Source: Ramazzottius varieornatus (taxonomy: Eukaryota; Animalia; Tardigrada). From it: a stretch of DNA of 64,000 bases. The position numbers were made by a program, and so were the translations under genes. The stretch is from the NCBI GenBank assembly GCA_001949185.1, contig BDGG01000005.1, forward strand, positions 3,077,972-3,141,971. The letters are read 5' to 3'. The notes under the pieces were generated by a model, which was given only the letters and a program-made list of their open reading frames with translations, was not told the origin of the DNA and ran no database searches. Of the stretch, positions 12,560 to 25,706 are shown piece after piece; the first letter of the stretch is position 1, and every line of letters begins with the position of its first letter.

Positions 12560-13530
12560 TTAGGAAGGATCAGCGCAGGGATCGCCTCGACCAAGCGTGG
12601 GCGCGAAGTTAGTGCAACGCGCGACGTTCTCGTCGACGTAGCAAAGGTAGCAGTCACTCCGCCGGTTTCCTTGACGCTTCAAGGAAGCTGTGGAGACTCC
12701 AGTGGAGGCGGCGTAGGTGGCGCCACCAAGGCGGAAAAAGTGGACTGAGATGCGACTCACGTCACTGCCGGAGCTGCGGAGGGTTTTCCGAACCCACTTT
12801 GTGAAGAGCTGAGGTGTTAGAGGCCTCCATTGATGCTTGTAGTAGTAGGATAGAACAGGAGTCGATGACGAACAACGTTTGAGGTCCGACAGCAGGTGGC
12901 GGAGAGCAATGGTCGGGTAAAGTGTGACTTTTCCTTGAAGGACCGGCAGCTGGACTTGATGGCGGTCGTTGGCGAACTGGCTGGTTTCAAGCGTGGCGAC
13001 GCTGATCGTGGTGCGCTAGCGGTGGAATGTGATGTCCCGAATACTAATTGCCGTACGTTTCGTTGAGGTAGTGAGGAAGAGGTTTGCTGAACGCCGCAGG
13101 ACGTCACGCATGCTGCCCAGAAGCAGCGTCGGAGGTACCTGGGGACGCGGTGTAGGCGATCGTGGATGTCTTCAAGGTGCGACCTCGTTATGGGAAGTCT
13201 GCGACAAGGGAGTTCTTTGCTGCCTTGCTTGAGACCTTGGAGAGCTTGTTGGATTTCGTGGTTGGACCAGCTGGGAGGCGACAGTTCGGAAAAGTGGTGC
13301 ATGGACATGAATGCGGCGACGTAATTCAGGACAGTGGTGTATTGGAGGGAAGAGGAAAGATACGCGATGTACAGTGCGACTGTATGGCTTTCACAGAGAA
13401 GGCTGGTCAGGTGGTACTCAGTGCAGAAGTCAATGAAGCGGTTCCATTGGGACTTCCGGGTACGCTGCGACGAAATGGCGGTGGAATTCGCTTTCAATGT
13501 CGTCAAATATCCATACCTCGGCGAGGGCAA
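12560..13530 (-). mobile_element. Degenerate tyrosine recombinase of a DIRS-type retroelement (or Crypton) fragment
   Basis: N-terminal QWNRFIDFC...VALYIAYL...TVLNYVAA, then RLPIT, and across frameshifts ETSQF and HFFRLGGATYA..G..S..Y..YV (HxxR...Y catalytic region). No RT or RNase H is visible nearby. Confidence 0.8.
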
Positions 13531-15400
13531 CGCGGTATAGATTTGACACAGACATTGTTACCTCATTTTGTCCAGTTTCGAAGGGTGAGCAGCCTTCTTA
13601 GAACCAAGGAGGGAAGTCCCGCGACTCGAAGGAGCCTTAAGAAGCTAAAGAAGCACGTAAATTCGTAAAATACTAAAAATACTGATTTGTTGCCGATACA
13701 CGGAAATTTTCCCTTTCCAACGGCTGACATTGCTTACCAGCAGAAATCCGACAGCAGCTCATCTGCCCTCATCCACCTCAGGCAAGCGGATCCCCAGCTC
13801 CTTCGAGGCGTTGTTTGCAAATCTGTTTTCATTAGTTGAATGTGAGAAGATTGCCGGAAGACTCAGCCAAAACAAGACAGAAGAAAACTCAAACAGACGT
13901 TGAAAAATGAATACGGAAAAATGCAAACGAAAAATAATTTAAATAATTAATTCTTATAGAGTGACGTACGTGCGAATTTCAAACTTTTGATTGAAACCTT
14001 GATTGGTTGTTTTGTCGAGCCTGTAGTTCCGGAAATTCATCAATCTATGCAAGACTAGAAGCTATTTTCGAGAACACGGCTGAATTGCAGTTATATCGGC
14101 ACTGATGCCACCATTTGAACTCCTGATTTTAAACTTTGGCATTAGGGTGGTTCAAGAGACGGTCAAATTCAATGGTCTGAAGCCTAGGCTGACAATCAAA
14201 TGCTCAATCAAGAGATTCGTGTCGTAGTCATTGCGAGAGCGTCACACGTCTTTCCGGCTGACGCTGTTGAATGAATCATAGACCGGTTGAGTCAGCAGTA
14301 GAAAGCTGTTCAATATTCAATAGCTTTGCACTCGCTCTGTCTATGGCAAGCCTGAGCTTATGGGGAAAGATCCAAGGATTGTACCGCGCATCCATTCACC
14401 TATGACGCCACCGCGTCACGTAATTATCAGCTGTACGTACGCGATAGGATCACAAAGGCTGTAGAACATGATGATATGCGCTGTAGCCCATTCGCCACGT
14501 GGACAGCGCCACCGACGCAGTCAACCTGGTACACAGCGGTTAACTACCAGTGACTTGTGGCGTGCCCTACAAGACCAGTGGTCTACAACTAGTGGTCAGT
14601 CCACCAAAGCCAATGGTCAACTATTGGTTGTGAACCTAGTGACAGTAGCAAGACCCCGTACCCTGTTAACCGTACAGTACAGTACCAGTGGTACGATAAC
14701 CAGGACAATCAATTTCGCTTTATCACAGTAGTATCTTCGAATGATTAGAACGAAGTTAACTGATGACGTCCGAAGCCATGAGCCAGCAAGAATTTGGAAA
14801 TATACTTAAAAAAATTCAGAAAAACAGAAAAAATAAGGGAATCTTCTTGAAAGCCAGATCGGGCTGTTGGGCGCTCAAGCATCCCCTGATGAGTTTGCGA
14901 TTCAGGGTTCCCTTGGGTATACATGGCTAATTTTACAGGCGCAACATGGGTCGGCTAACATGGGTTTCCAACCTTTCCACCGTAGGTCCGTAGATATGGG
15001 CCAGCAGCAGCAGAGTATAGCAGTAAGGCGCGGCCACATGACATCATATGGAGCACGTATCAAATTATAGGATATTTGTATGCGATCAATCGGTGAAAAG
15101 AGCCCCTAATTTGCGCAATCTTGATTGGCCGATTTGAAATAGTTTTTTTCCGTTGTTCCACTCTGCCGCTGGCCAATATGCTGACAGAATTGGTCCAACG
15201 AAAACTTCGATTATGTCGGCGTGACTTCCGGTGAAGAAGTACTTGGACGCGTAATCATTCGAATAGTCTCCTAAGACGTGACACGAAAATGGTTATATGG
15301 ATTAATCAAGTTTTCAAAATTTTGCACATCGCGTCGATCTGCAGAATTAAGTACTGTGTCTCAAATAACAGAATGATGTTTACCGGATCACTCCAAACCA

Positions 15401-18400
15401 TCATAGAACCTGCGCACGAAACACGTTGCTTCGGTACGACACGGACATTCTGGTTCGGACTTCGGTCTGTAGCGCGGAAGAATCTATTGTCCACCAGACA
15501 GTCTTGTCCGAGCTTCGTCGTCCAAAATATTTTCTGTAAGCAATCCAGAACTCATGACCCAAGTCACCGCAACACATCCGTATCAAAACCCATAATACCG
15601 GGGTACAACTGGGGTTCGCAACGCACCTTAAACCCATTATAGAAAATTTGAGGCCTGATTGAACGCTTTAACGCTAAGAATGCACGGGGACGATTATTTT
15701 GTGGTCCACGCATCCATCCAAAACAAACCGGTTAACACTACTCAGAATCTCATCCTGGACAAGACACTTGCTCCGCTCAATCCCGAATTCCCCATAGAGA
15801 ACGGGATCCAGAGATCACGCGACCAGAAACCAGAACCCATGGCTAAAGCACTCTAACCCGTGACAAAATTGGACCCTAGAGTAACTTTTCAACCGGATTA
15901 CGAGCCGTGCGTTCCCGACTGTAAGGTCGCATGATATCCACATGAACCTTCAGAAAATCGTTAGGAAAGCGAAAACGTGTATTCTACTGTGGCAACTGTT
16001 CCATTTCTGTCAGACAGCCCACCAGAAGACACCTAGCACTGAACGACGTGACCAGACTATGCTTTGCGTTAATTCCATCCCAGCTCGAGCTTGCGGTTTC
16101 ACAGCCCATATAGGCGCACGAGATTAACAGCCACCAAGCAACGGAGGCGCGAATCATCGGAAGGCGAGTCGGCAGAGGGTAAAGGGAGCGCAGCCCCCTG
16201 ATTTATTCAGAACGAACTGTCCCCTTTGAGGGCGAAAGGGTTCTACACTCGGGGTGGCCATTCGTGGTTGTTGGCAAACGAGCAACGGGGGCGAGAAGAG
16301 CCGGAGTGAGATGTCGCAGGGGTTACAGCTAGAGTAACACCCTGTTCTTTTGCGTGTTCGTAACTGTGTATCCAGTTCGTCTCCTTTCTCGATGCTCTAC
16401 GGAACATGCTTTACCGCAGCAGGCTGGGGTAACTCCAGGCTTGATAGAAAACCTAACTCGGGTCAGGGGAACAGTTTGCTACGTGGACGGCGGACTTACC
16501 TTCTGAATCAACCGGTTTATCGAACCATCGAAAAAAAGTAGATGAATATTCAGCCCGAAATCGTAATCACTAGATACAGTAGTGACTGGAATTAAGCCGT
16601 CAGACATTGAGATCGAGCAGCATTCTGCCGAGCGAATCCTTGACAGCAAAGACGCATAGAGACGTGAGTTAACCACTTTTATTTTAGTACGACAGTAAAA
16701 TTAATAGCGAATCGATCCCCCATGCTAAGTCTACGGCTACAGGGGCCAGCATTAAAGTTTATACGCCAGCTAAAGCTAAGCAGTAGTTACGTAGTTTTAA
16801 TGCTGACCCATGTAGCCGTAGACTTAGCATTGGGGCTGGATTCTCTAATAATTTTACTGTCGTAGTAAAGTAACACTGCGTCGAAGCCACCAACCAAACG
16901 TCCTTGTTGGTACCCTAAGAGAACGGCTTGGTGCTTCGGAGTGGAGGCAGTTGGGCTAGTCGCTTTGGATGCTGTTTCGGATGGACCTGTCCATGGATGT
17001 ATGCGCTTTTTTGTGCATGCGGTCCGATTTCTGGTCACGTGATCTCTGGTTCTCTTTCCTTATGAGGAATTCGGGTGGTGATGCAAGCAAGAGTCGAATT
17101 TTCTCTTCGATGGTTTGATACATGATAAATCGCTTGATTTTACAGCGGTGAAAATGCATCCCTTCCGGTGGTCAAGGGACGTCAGTTATCATTGTCTGAT
17201 GTTATGGCTGGACAGGGTTCTGTATATATATATTTTCGTTATTGGTTCGTTTCCGCCTCAAGATAGAGCTGGGCTATTGTTTCTTCCATGTGTCGCTTGG
17301 CAAAATCTCTTTTCGTAAATTAGGGAAGGAGCCAAGACATCGCAGTAATTTGGGGACGTTTAGACTTACATAGTATTAATCCTTTTAAGTCTGTCGAGAT
17401 TTCAGTGGACGATCAAATTCTTCGAGCTTTCAGATATCACAGTACAGAAAAAGACACGCCACTTGATCGGGGCGATTAAGTCGTTGTCAGACCTAGCGTT
17501 TCTGCAATATTTTGATTTTGACCGCTGTTCTAAGCTGGCAAATTCTCCTGTGATACAAGAGAAATTTGCCGAGGAAAAACGATTACTTGCATTAGGCAAC
17601 GCATCGCAGCAAAAGTGCTCGCTCTACAATGGCTTGCCTCCTCTGCTCGGCCTTTCCAGTGGTCAGAACCACTAGCTAGTATTTTAACGAGTGATGAGCC
17701 TCCCATGGACACCCCTCTTAGTCTCAGCCAGTCACCACCCGACGTTTATCAAATGGACCAGCCAGGAGCTTGCGAAACTCACGTGTACCCATGGTATTCT
17801 GCGAGCATGTAATTGCTCGCTATTATAAGTGTCAACTCGGGAAGGATGGCAGGGGAGGGGGAAGGGGTGGAAGATTGAAGGAAAGCTTCAATAGAGTTAC
17901 CCGCACATGAGTAGGCCGATAACACAGCCCAGCACCACCATCATCAGCGTGCTTAGAGAGCCCGCAAGGACCTGGGTCTGATTGCGCTGGAAACATGCAG
18001 GGTTCTCTCCGCTGAAACCACATAGCGGAACGCTCTTGGGAGGGTATCCTTGAAACCACGTAAAGTTCCGCGGAAAGGGTGTACTGAACTGATTGCTCAT
18101 GGCGTCGAACATTAGAACTGCCTGTGAAGAAACCCTTAGATTTTCATAGTCTCTTTTTCGTCACTGAGATCAGTGAGACGCTCATAAAACAGAAAATTCT
18201 GAAATACCTCAAAATTGCTGCTGACGATATCGAACTGCCGAACCAGGACAGCGGGGTACCTTTGACCACCGCTTGTAATGTAAACGTTCCCGGTTGGCAC
18301 ATGGAAGGTTCGATTCAGTGCCAGCTGAACGAGACTTGCACCATCTCTTAACTTTTCCGTCACAAAGTTATTGTCCGTAGTTTCCGTGAAAGTTTCATTG

Positions 18401-20102
18401 ATGAGCTGTAGAGAGAACAAAACTTCCACTGGATAATCTAACTTCAATTGCGCTGAAAGTGCTGCCACCTACTTGCGCGAAGAGCAAGATGGACTCATAT
18501 GCGGCAACTGTAATGGCTGAGATCTACGGACAGAACGTTTGGTTGTCATTCGCGTCCGAAACAGCACATATCCGTCGTATTTGGTGTACCTTCTGCCTGT
18601 ACTGCATCGTAACATTCCATCTTCTCGCGTATTCGCTTAGAATAAATACTTTCGCGCTTGATGGTAAGGATTCCACGTTTCTTGCGTTGTCGAAAGTGAT
18701 GGTGAGCACCGCGGAAAACGCGAATTTTGATTTCTGCGTCAGACCAAACAGAATTTGTAATCGAGCAGTAACGCTGACTTGACAAATGTACATTTAACTC
18801 GCCCACCTCGTCGTGAGTATCGTTTCTCTGCCAGTGGAGATCTGGAAAATCCGGAAGTGTAGAGTGAGGTTGAAAGTACAGGTACGCCTACAGACGATCT
18901 GAGTTAAATCGCGAGCACCACATTTTGCCGTAAAACACGTCCCACGCATCTTCGTAAATTCACTTACGAACTCTGCGGCATCCGTCATTCCTCTGGCTTC
19001 AGCAACGACCTTGAACAGCTCAAAGGTCAGTCCATCATGCTATAGCCTGGAGGGCTTTTGACCTACGCTTTCATCCTACCATGAGGTCCCTTGTTGCTTC
19101 TGCTCCGGTCATCAGTAAAATTACTACGAAAAGTACGAACGGTCAGTAAACACACGTGTACTGTGACACGTTCGTGCTCGTAAAAGCGGCTAGCTGAAGA
19201 CTGGATCGATGTTACTTCTGGCGGATCTTTTAACCAGGGCCAGATATTTCTGGTGGTCAACGATTCCTTTCTCACTGTTGAAGTTCGCCGACACGAGCTG
19301 GAACTGAGGAGCTTTGAGTAGCGATTTGAAAATACGGCAGTTCACGCGGTAGAATCCAACTCGTGTGGAGTCGTCACACAAGAGAAAAACAGTGGTCCAG
19401 TTGAAACGCAGTAAGAACTGTTGAATGAAGACACTTAGTACGGAGTTGTTGATAGGAGCTACTGTGATGGCATTCGAATAACGTTTTCTGTCGTTCAAAA
19501 CCGGATCCGTTCCGACTCTGGAAGAAAGTGCCCAGAATACACGAGGACCTTTTCCAATTTTGTATGCTGGCAATCGGACGTTACTCACATAGATGCGACA
19601 GGGACGTTCCAGTTTTTAGCCAAGTCCGCCATTTGAAGAAAATCGGGAGTACACGCTGAAAGTGGAAATACAATGGATAGTTTCGCGACGAAAAACATCA
19701 CCTGATTTAAAGAGATGGAATTCATCAAAGCTAGAGCAAGTATTACTGACATGGTGCGATAAAAATTTGCACTTCGTCTGTGTGGCTTTCCGTATAAAAG
19801 TACTTTGCCGCAAAGTCGGTAGAATAGTCAGCCAATACGTCACAGGAGTAGATGGAGTTTCGATAGATGACAACATGTCTCATTTGGATGATACCGTTGT
19901 ATTCCTGGTGCACTCGGTTTATTCCCGCTTGAAAAGCTGGGACAGTCATCACGTACTGATACGGCACAATGGAAACGAAGACTACCTTGACGGACGGCAA
20001 ATGATCGGTCCCGGCGTATGAACTACAAACAGTCAGCAGGCAAAACAATAACAACTGCTGAAGACTCAAGAATATTGGGCGATACCCGAACGAAAGATTC
20101 AT
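15401..20102 (-). CDS. ANF-receptor (periplasmic-binding-fold) ectodomain + TM + short tail, copy B, apparently intact, about 11 exons and about 550 aa
   Basis: Spliced by eye with canonical GT-AG and consistent phase: signal peptide; APSCTPDFLQMADLAKNWNVP; VLNDRKRYSNA; ARIILLM..RDLM; GMTDAAEF; WQRNDTHDE; AYESILLFAQ; LNRTF..TGNVYI..GQR; PPKSVPLCGFSGENPAC; TM; final exon 15533-15401 (KYFGRR..VWWTID..QVL*). Confidence 0.82.
16683..16870. repeat. Palindromic MITE-like hairpin (about 190 bp) in the last intron of copy B
   Basis: tacgacagtaaaatt...atgctaagtctacggctaca is mirrored by tgtagccgtagacttagcat...aattttactgtcgta. Confidence 0.8.
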
Positions 20103-21424
20103 GGTTTGATCCAGGAAAGAAAGAAAAAGAAAAGAGCAGCCGAGATCTGATCAAATATCGCTGCGAGCTTAAGTTAAGGGGTTGTTTCCATGTATTGAAG
20201 TTTCACGAACGTGGGAGTGCACTGAGTGATCCAAATCATCCAAGAAGTCATCTGACTTATCACAGTGCCTGTTTCAACTGTTGTGCGATTGCCGCGATTA
20301 TTTTTGAATGAAGATATGCGCGGAAGGACAACATCCCAAATTATGAACCATAGAGTGCAACCTTTACATACGTCACTCGACGCTTCTCTGAAGTTGGCGC
20401 ATACGCCAAGGTGAACTGTCTGTCTGTGACGTCAGCGCATCGCTCGTTGTAGGTTAGCTGATTAACTGATTTGGGCCATAACCGGGAGCAACCTCGTTTG
20501 TCTTCGCGTGGTTCGCGGCATCTTCTCTGACTCTGTTCATGTCGGACGCGCTGCTCCTTGGTACGTATGTATCAAGATGATCGTCCTTGGCATCTACTTT
20601 GAATTTCGAAAGCTCGAGTTATGCGCAGTGAATCGTTTCTTCTCTGCATTTCAATAATAGATTTTCGCGATCGGCTGCGCGGAACGAATCCACTTAAGAA
20701 TGTCTAGAATTCGAAAGATAATGAAATCTTCTGTAGCTGGCGGAAGGGAGGGCTTCTGCTTCGTTTTCCACGAAAGAAAGTGTAGTGTATGATGTCGCCT
20801 TTCGTCTGAGCATAAGGAATCTCCATTTCAGTCTCACGATCGATTGCTCGAGCTGTTTCTGGCTGTGGCGGAATGTTGACAATTTTGACGTCCTTGACGT
20901 CGAAATCGATGAAAAATCGGCAAATCATCAAAATCCCTGCGCGGGCCGGGATCATCCTCTGACGTCCCGGCCCGGGCAGAGTAGATTTTCCGAAACTTCA
21001 TACGATGATTGAAGACACTTTGGCACACCCACCGAAAGTATCGTTATTTGAGTTCATCAACAATATGACCGAAGAAATGGGAGATTCATTACCCAAATAA
21101 ATTGGCGCACGTTGTTCTCGGTGATTCATTGCCTCGTTTTCAAAAACCTATTGGAATTATTCCTCCATCGTGTTTTGAATGTTTCGAGTGGACATCAGCC
21201 GAACTTCGGAAGTCGTGTTACGACGTCGAAACGAGATTCCGAAATCAGACCCTAACAAGCGTCAACTTCGTACTGAAAGACCTTATACTGTAAAAGCATC
21301 CGCTCGAAGCTTGGAGAAGTTGCAAAACGCGAGCGAGCCAGACAGAGAATAACGATGAAGCAAAAGAGTTTCCTTGGTAGTAATTAGCTGACCAAGTTAA
21401 AAAAGAAACGGCTCCAATGCAACT

Positions 21425-21485
21425 CGTACGTGCTCCCGTACCGCCGTAGCGAAAAGGTCTGTACCATAATTTCTCGTCCTGCGTA
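21425..21485. repeat. Dispersed repeat end shared with about 71-150
   Basis: gtacgtgctcccgtaccgccgtagcgaaaaggtctgtaccataatttctcgtcctgcgt closely matches 71-149. Confidence 0.7.
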
Positions 21486-22197
21486 TACTTATTTTTCGTG
21501 CTGTCTCACCTGGGCGAATGGGTTTAGAGAGCACGCGAAGAGAAGGAACAAGGCTGGGCTGAAGACACGATTTTGGAATGCGAATTTTTAAGTTTTCAAT
21601 CAACGCTTGGGTGCAGACCGACAAAGTATCATACTTCGGCACTGCAGCTCTCTACCAAGAAAGATTGGAAAAGAAAAACAGAACTGTATTCTGTAGAAAG
21701 TTCCGCGCTGTCACAGGACAGACCCAAACATTCTACGATCACCTGGGGCCTAATTTATGGGCCAGTCATGTGACTGTGCCGGACTTTCGAGCGAACAATG
21801 AAGTACTACAGTATCGAGAATTCCTTTCCTGTTTTTCACTCCAGGAGCTTTTCCCCAGAAATCATTAACTTAAGAAAAGGTGACCTTCAAAGTTGTCTCG
21901 AAATGGAAGTAGAGATGCCGGGAACTGATGAGCAGACTGATTCTTCAAACCCTCGTACTGAAATATCGGACAATGGCGCTTATCCTTGATCACACACTAG
22001 TCCCGATATAAGATTATGCGGGAAGTTTCGAATGAAATTTTGGAGTGTGGATCCCATACTTGACTATGTCTGACTGAGAATTTTAATTGCATCGGGAGTG
22101 ACCAGACTCGACATTCTAATCCAACTCGGATCGAGAATGTTCGTTTGGCCCTTGGGCAGAGCCCGGCGACATGTTAACTGTCTGGAAGAAACCGGGT

Positions 22198-22920
22198 ATC
22201 AATATTTTGATTAGGAAGTGGCTACAGGCACTCCCAAAAACTCCGTTTGGCTATAGGCACGCCTACCGAACCCTGTCTTATTGCTGATTTACTACAGACA
22301 CCCCTATCTAATTCAGTAATTAGGAAACCTTTTATTCGGTGAATAGCTATCGACACCCCGACATCTTCGATATGAGAACTATACCACGAATTTTACCTGT
22401 AATTTGGCGCATGGCTTGCTCAGACTGAATAAAATCTTCTTGCAATATTGAACGTAATCTCAAGTACACGTAGTTTAAGTTCGATAAGAACAGAGAAGTG
22501 GTTTTTGAAAACAGGGGTGCCCAAAATAACACCGCATAAAAAAGTTTTTGATCAATGAATTTCAACTGGGCCTATAGCCGAACGGGGTTTCAAGGAGTGC
22601 CTACAGCATCACTTTTTTCACGATGGAGATGGAGTGGCCGTGAAGTGAAATGCGGAAATTCAATGGCGGCCTTGGAATGTTCAATAGATGCATGTAAGTC
22701 TGGAGATTGCTTGGTGATAACCATGGCCCGACCATAACCCCCTCGCTCTCGAAATCTAGAAAATCACGGGAAAAATACGTAGAAAGTTAACTCAAAAATT
22801 CAGCTCCTTCACCAACTCCGCTCTATTCTATACTAATTATGGTCGATTTTGAGGTAAGATTAATATTATCGTTATCGTCTGAACAAAGAACCAAAAGATA
22901 ACCGTACTTATAAATTAGGA
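22198..22920. repeat. Dispersed repeat, diverged copy of about 34130-34845, with an internal inverted-repeat unit (22218-22612)
   Basis: Colinear shared blocks include ccgtttggct.taggcac, tggcatggcttgctcagact, aatctcaagtacac and gtctggagattgcttggtgataacc. Confidence 0.8.
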
Positions 22921-24075
22921 TTACTACAAACCAAACAATATTCCAAACCATGAACATGAGATACCGTATACTAACAGCCGCATTCGACAGTTGGCGCAGA
23001 AGGTTGAGTGCTGGAATATTCCCAGCAGGTGATGACTCAAGACGTCGTTGAGCTTCTCTTATTTTGACGAATAGTGGAAGGAGCTTCCCGCTTTCCATTA
23101 CTCATATTCAGTTCGCCATTAAACACTGATTTCTGTTCTGAACGAATAATCGTAGTAAGCTACAGAAAGCTGCGAATTCCCAAAAACTGTGCATAACAGC
23201 CAGAAAATATGAAAAATTGAGTAAAAATTGACGGAAAATTTTTAACAGAAAAAACGCGCTCCGTCGCCAATCCTGTTGAGATCAGTATATACGGTTGTAA
23301 ATTCCTGATTTGTTTGGTTCAGCCATCTCCGAGAACTTGTCCGGACAAATAACCGAAAGATATCTGTATATATAAATTAGGATACACTGTACAAGAAAAA
23401 TGCTCGACTGCGGCTCGCTCTGTAACTTGGGGGTTGCAGGTTTCGTGGAGTGTCGTGATTAATTCATTATCTTTACGTAGGGCACCCGAGTGCCGCTTTT
23501 TTACGCCAATATCGTGGACGTGTTTTGAGTTTGTCCCGATAATTATTTGTATTTCCTCCTCAACCAAACTTTGTCATAGGTGCAATCTACAGCTCTCTCA
23601 TAGAAAACTGGACCACACTACGTTCCAGTCAAAAAAGATGAGAAACCAGCATGGATGCCGTCTGCAGTACGAAGTTCGTGCTATGATCCTGGGTGAGGTG
23701 CACCTCCAGCCCCAAAACACCTGATCTCAAAAAAACTTTCGGTCCCCCATGCAGAAACGCGCAGGTGGACACTCACGTTTGAGCACCCTGGTTTTAAGGG
23801 GGCACCTCCTACTGACGGATCATGACACGAAATTTTTTACTGGCGGTATCCGTGAAAACCAGTAACTGCGCTTCACCCTTCTTCCCTCTTTTATGCAGGG
23901 TTCCTCTTCTCGGAAAGCCAGATGCGGAAGCACGAAGGACTTGCCAGCGGACAAAAAGACTCTCGTTTCTCGGGCAAAACCATTCGTTTCGATCTATCCA
24001 GAAAAAACGCACGAACACGAATTACTAGCGATTTGATAAACCTGCACAGGTAATCCGGGGAATCTTTCACGAGTA

Positions 24076-24254
24076 CAGCCTGGCCGAGCTAGGCCGCGCC
24101 CAGATTTTTTCGACGTCGCCAAGAGTTCGTTCAGATTGATTTACCGATCGTAATGATATAACGGCGCGCTCAATCAAAACTAGCAATCAAATGAAGGTTT
24201 TTTATTACAGTGACGTCGAAAAAAACCTGGGCGTGGCCTAGCTCGGCCAGGCTA
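24076..24254. mobile_element. Small MITE with about 45-bp TIRs
   Basis: agcctggccgagctaggcc..ttttcgacgtc is mirrored by gacgtcgaaaaaa..ggcctagctcggccaggct. No clear TSD. Confidence 0.75.
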
Positions 24255-24612
24255 TGTTAACGAATTCATAAAGCTGCTAATTTCAAGTGACCTTCGCCTG
24301 ACCGTGGACGGTTTACTAAACTTCGGTGCCAATGTTCTAAGCGAGTTTTAATTAGCTTAATCAAAAGCAGAGAAATGTAAATTGCTATGCCGGCAAGCAC
24401 ACTTGATGTTTTTTCGAAGAAACATAAACTGGTCCCATACGAGCGTGTCTGGGATATGTTGCTGCAATTTTTGCTCAAAAATTCCTTCTCGGACGGTCCA
24501 CGACCTCGTCAGAAGTTTCTTTCGGGTTACATTAGTGTAGGAGTAGGATAGGATAGGACACTGGCACTCTTTTGTTGAGGAGAACTGACGGTATTCAATC
24601 CCTGTTATCCGT

Positions 24613-25706
24613 TCATTGAGTGTTCGCGGGAGGTGGGCTTTGAGCCGAAGCCAGTCTTTTGCTGACAGGATTGGTCGGCGAAAGTGAACGTGATACTTCA
24701 TGTCTTCTGTAGACGTCACATCCCAATATCGCGCGCTTCAGGCTGGCAAGATAGGCTTTCCTTATCACGAAATAGATGACCTAGAAAACACTATTCCGAA
24801 AAGGCGAAAACAATCGCGTGCATATGGTTTTGGATTGGTGTACTTAAAACTTTTAATGTAATGTCTTACTGGGTTTACTGCATATTCTGCAACCGTCGTG
24901 GTCCTCAGCCATTTTCCCATGGTGGGGTGTATTGACAGCACTTGTGGGTACAAATTGACAATCACTGTAGGTGGCGCGACGCACAAGATACACCAAAGGG
25001 CCGAAAGACCCATTGCCTTTGCGATAATCAACCGCCGCCTGATCAAACGAGTCAAACGAACCGAAACCATGTCCCCGGAGGAATCTTTCCGCTTTCTCAG
25101 CTGTGTGCTGTAGAAGACCACCAGCGAAGCCAGTACTACAATGACGCATGGACCAATCACTTCCATGAAGTTCAAGAAGGTTCCAAGTCGATTCAACAAA
25201 CGTTTCGAGCAGCCGCGACCTGCTGCCAAGACGAAGACCGAACCGATCTTCAGCTCGGCTAGAATAACGAAAACAGCGGCAAGCAACCAAGGTGCGATAG
25301 CAAGGATCAAAGAGACCTTGACAGTCTTGCATCTGTCATAATGGTGTGGGAAGCAGATGGCGATGACTCGGTTGACGGACAGTGCTACGTCGGCCCAACT
25401 GCACACCACCATGGTGAGGTGGAACCCGACATAGTATGGTGCGCATGGGATCCTGTACCCAGTGTGAACGCCAACGTCGATGGGAAGTAAGAAGATGGTG
25501 GAAAGTAAAAAGCTGGAGAAAGCCAGGTTGGCAATCAAAAGACGAGGTCCAGGGTGCGATGTTCGGTCGTTCAGAACGGCGATTAGTAGGGATAGATTGA
25601 AAACGGCGGCAACAACGTGAAGTCCGAAGGTTGTGGAGGACCAGACATGGAAGTCCAAATGACTGGATGCTGTGTGATTCAAGAACAGTTCAGATAGGTT
25701 GCCCAT
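24613..25706 (-). CDS. Class A (rhodopsin-like) orphan GPCR, 2 coding exons
   Basis: Seven hydrophobic segments, LLIANLA (TM2) and SVNRVIAICFP (DRY replaced by NRV). Intron 24869-24781 joins NP to VIY, giving NPxxY. Stop at 24613. Confidence 0.88.

Noticed and set aside
15960-16075. Possible fourth receptor tail exon (RRSVLGVFWWAV*) on the minus strand
   Set aside because: The similarity is short, contains a stop and has no clear acceptor.
20690-21330. Overlapping short ORFs, possible decayed gene or TE
   Set aside because: No identifiable family; frames are broken.
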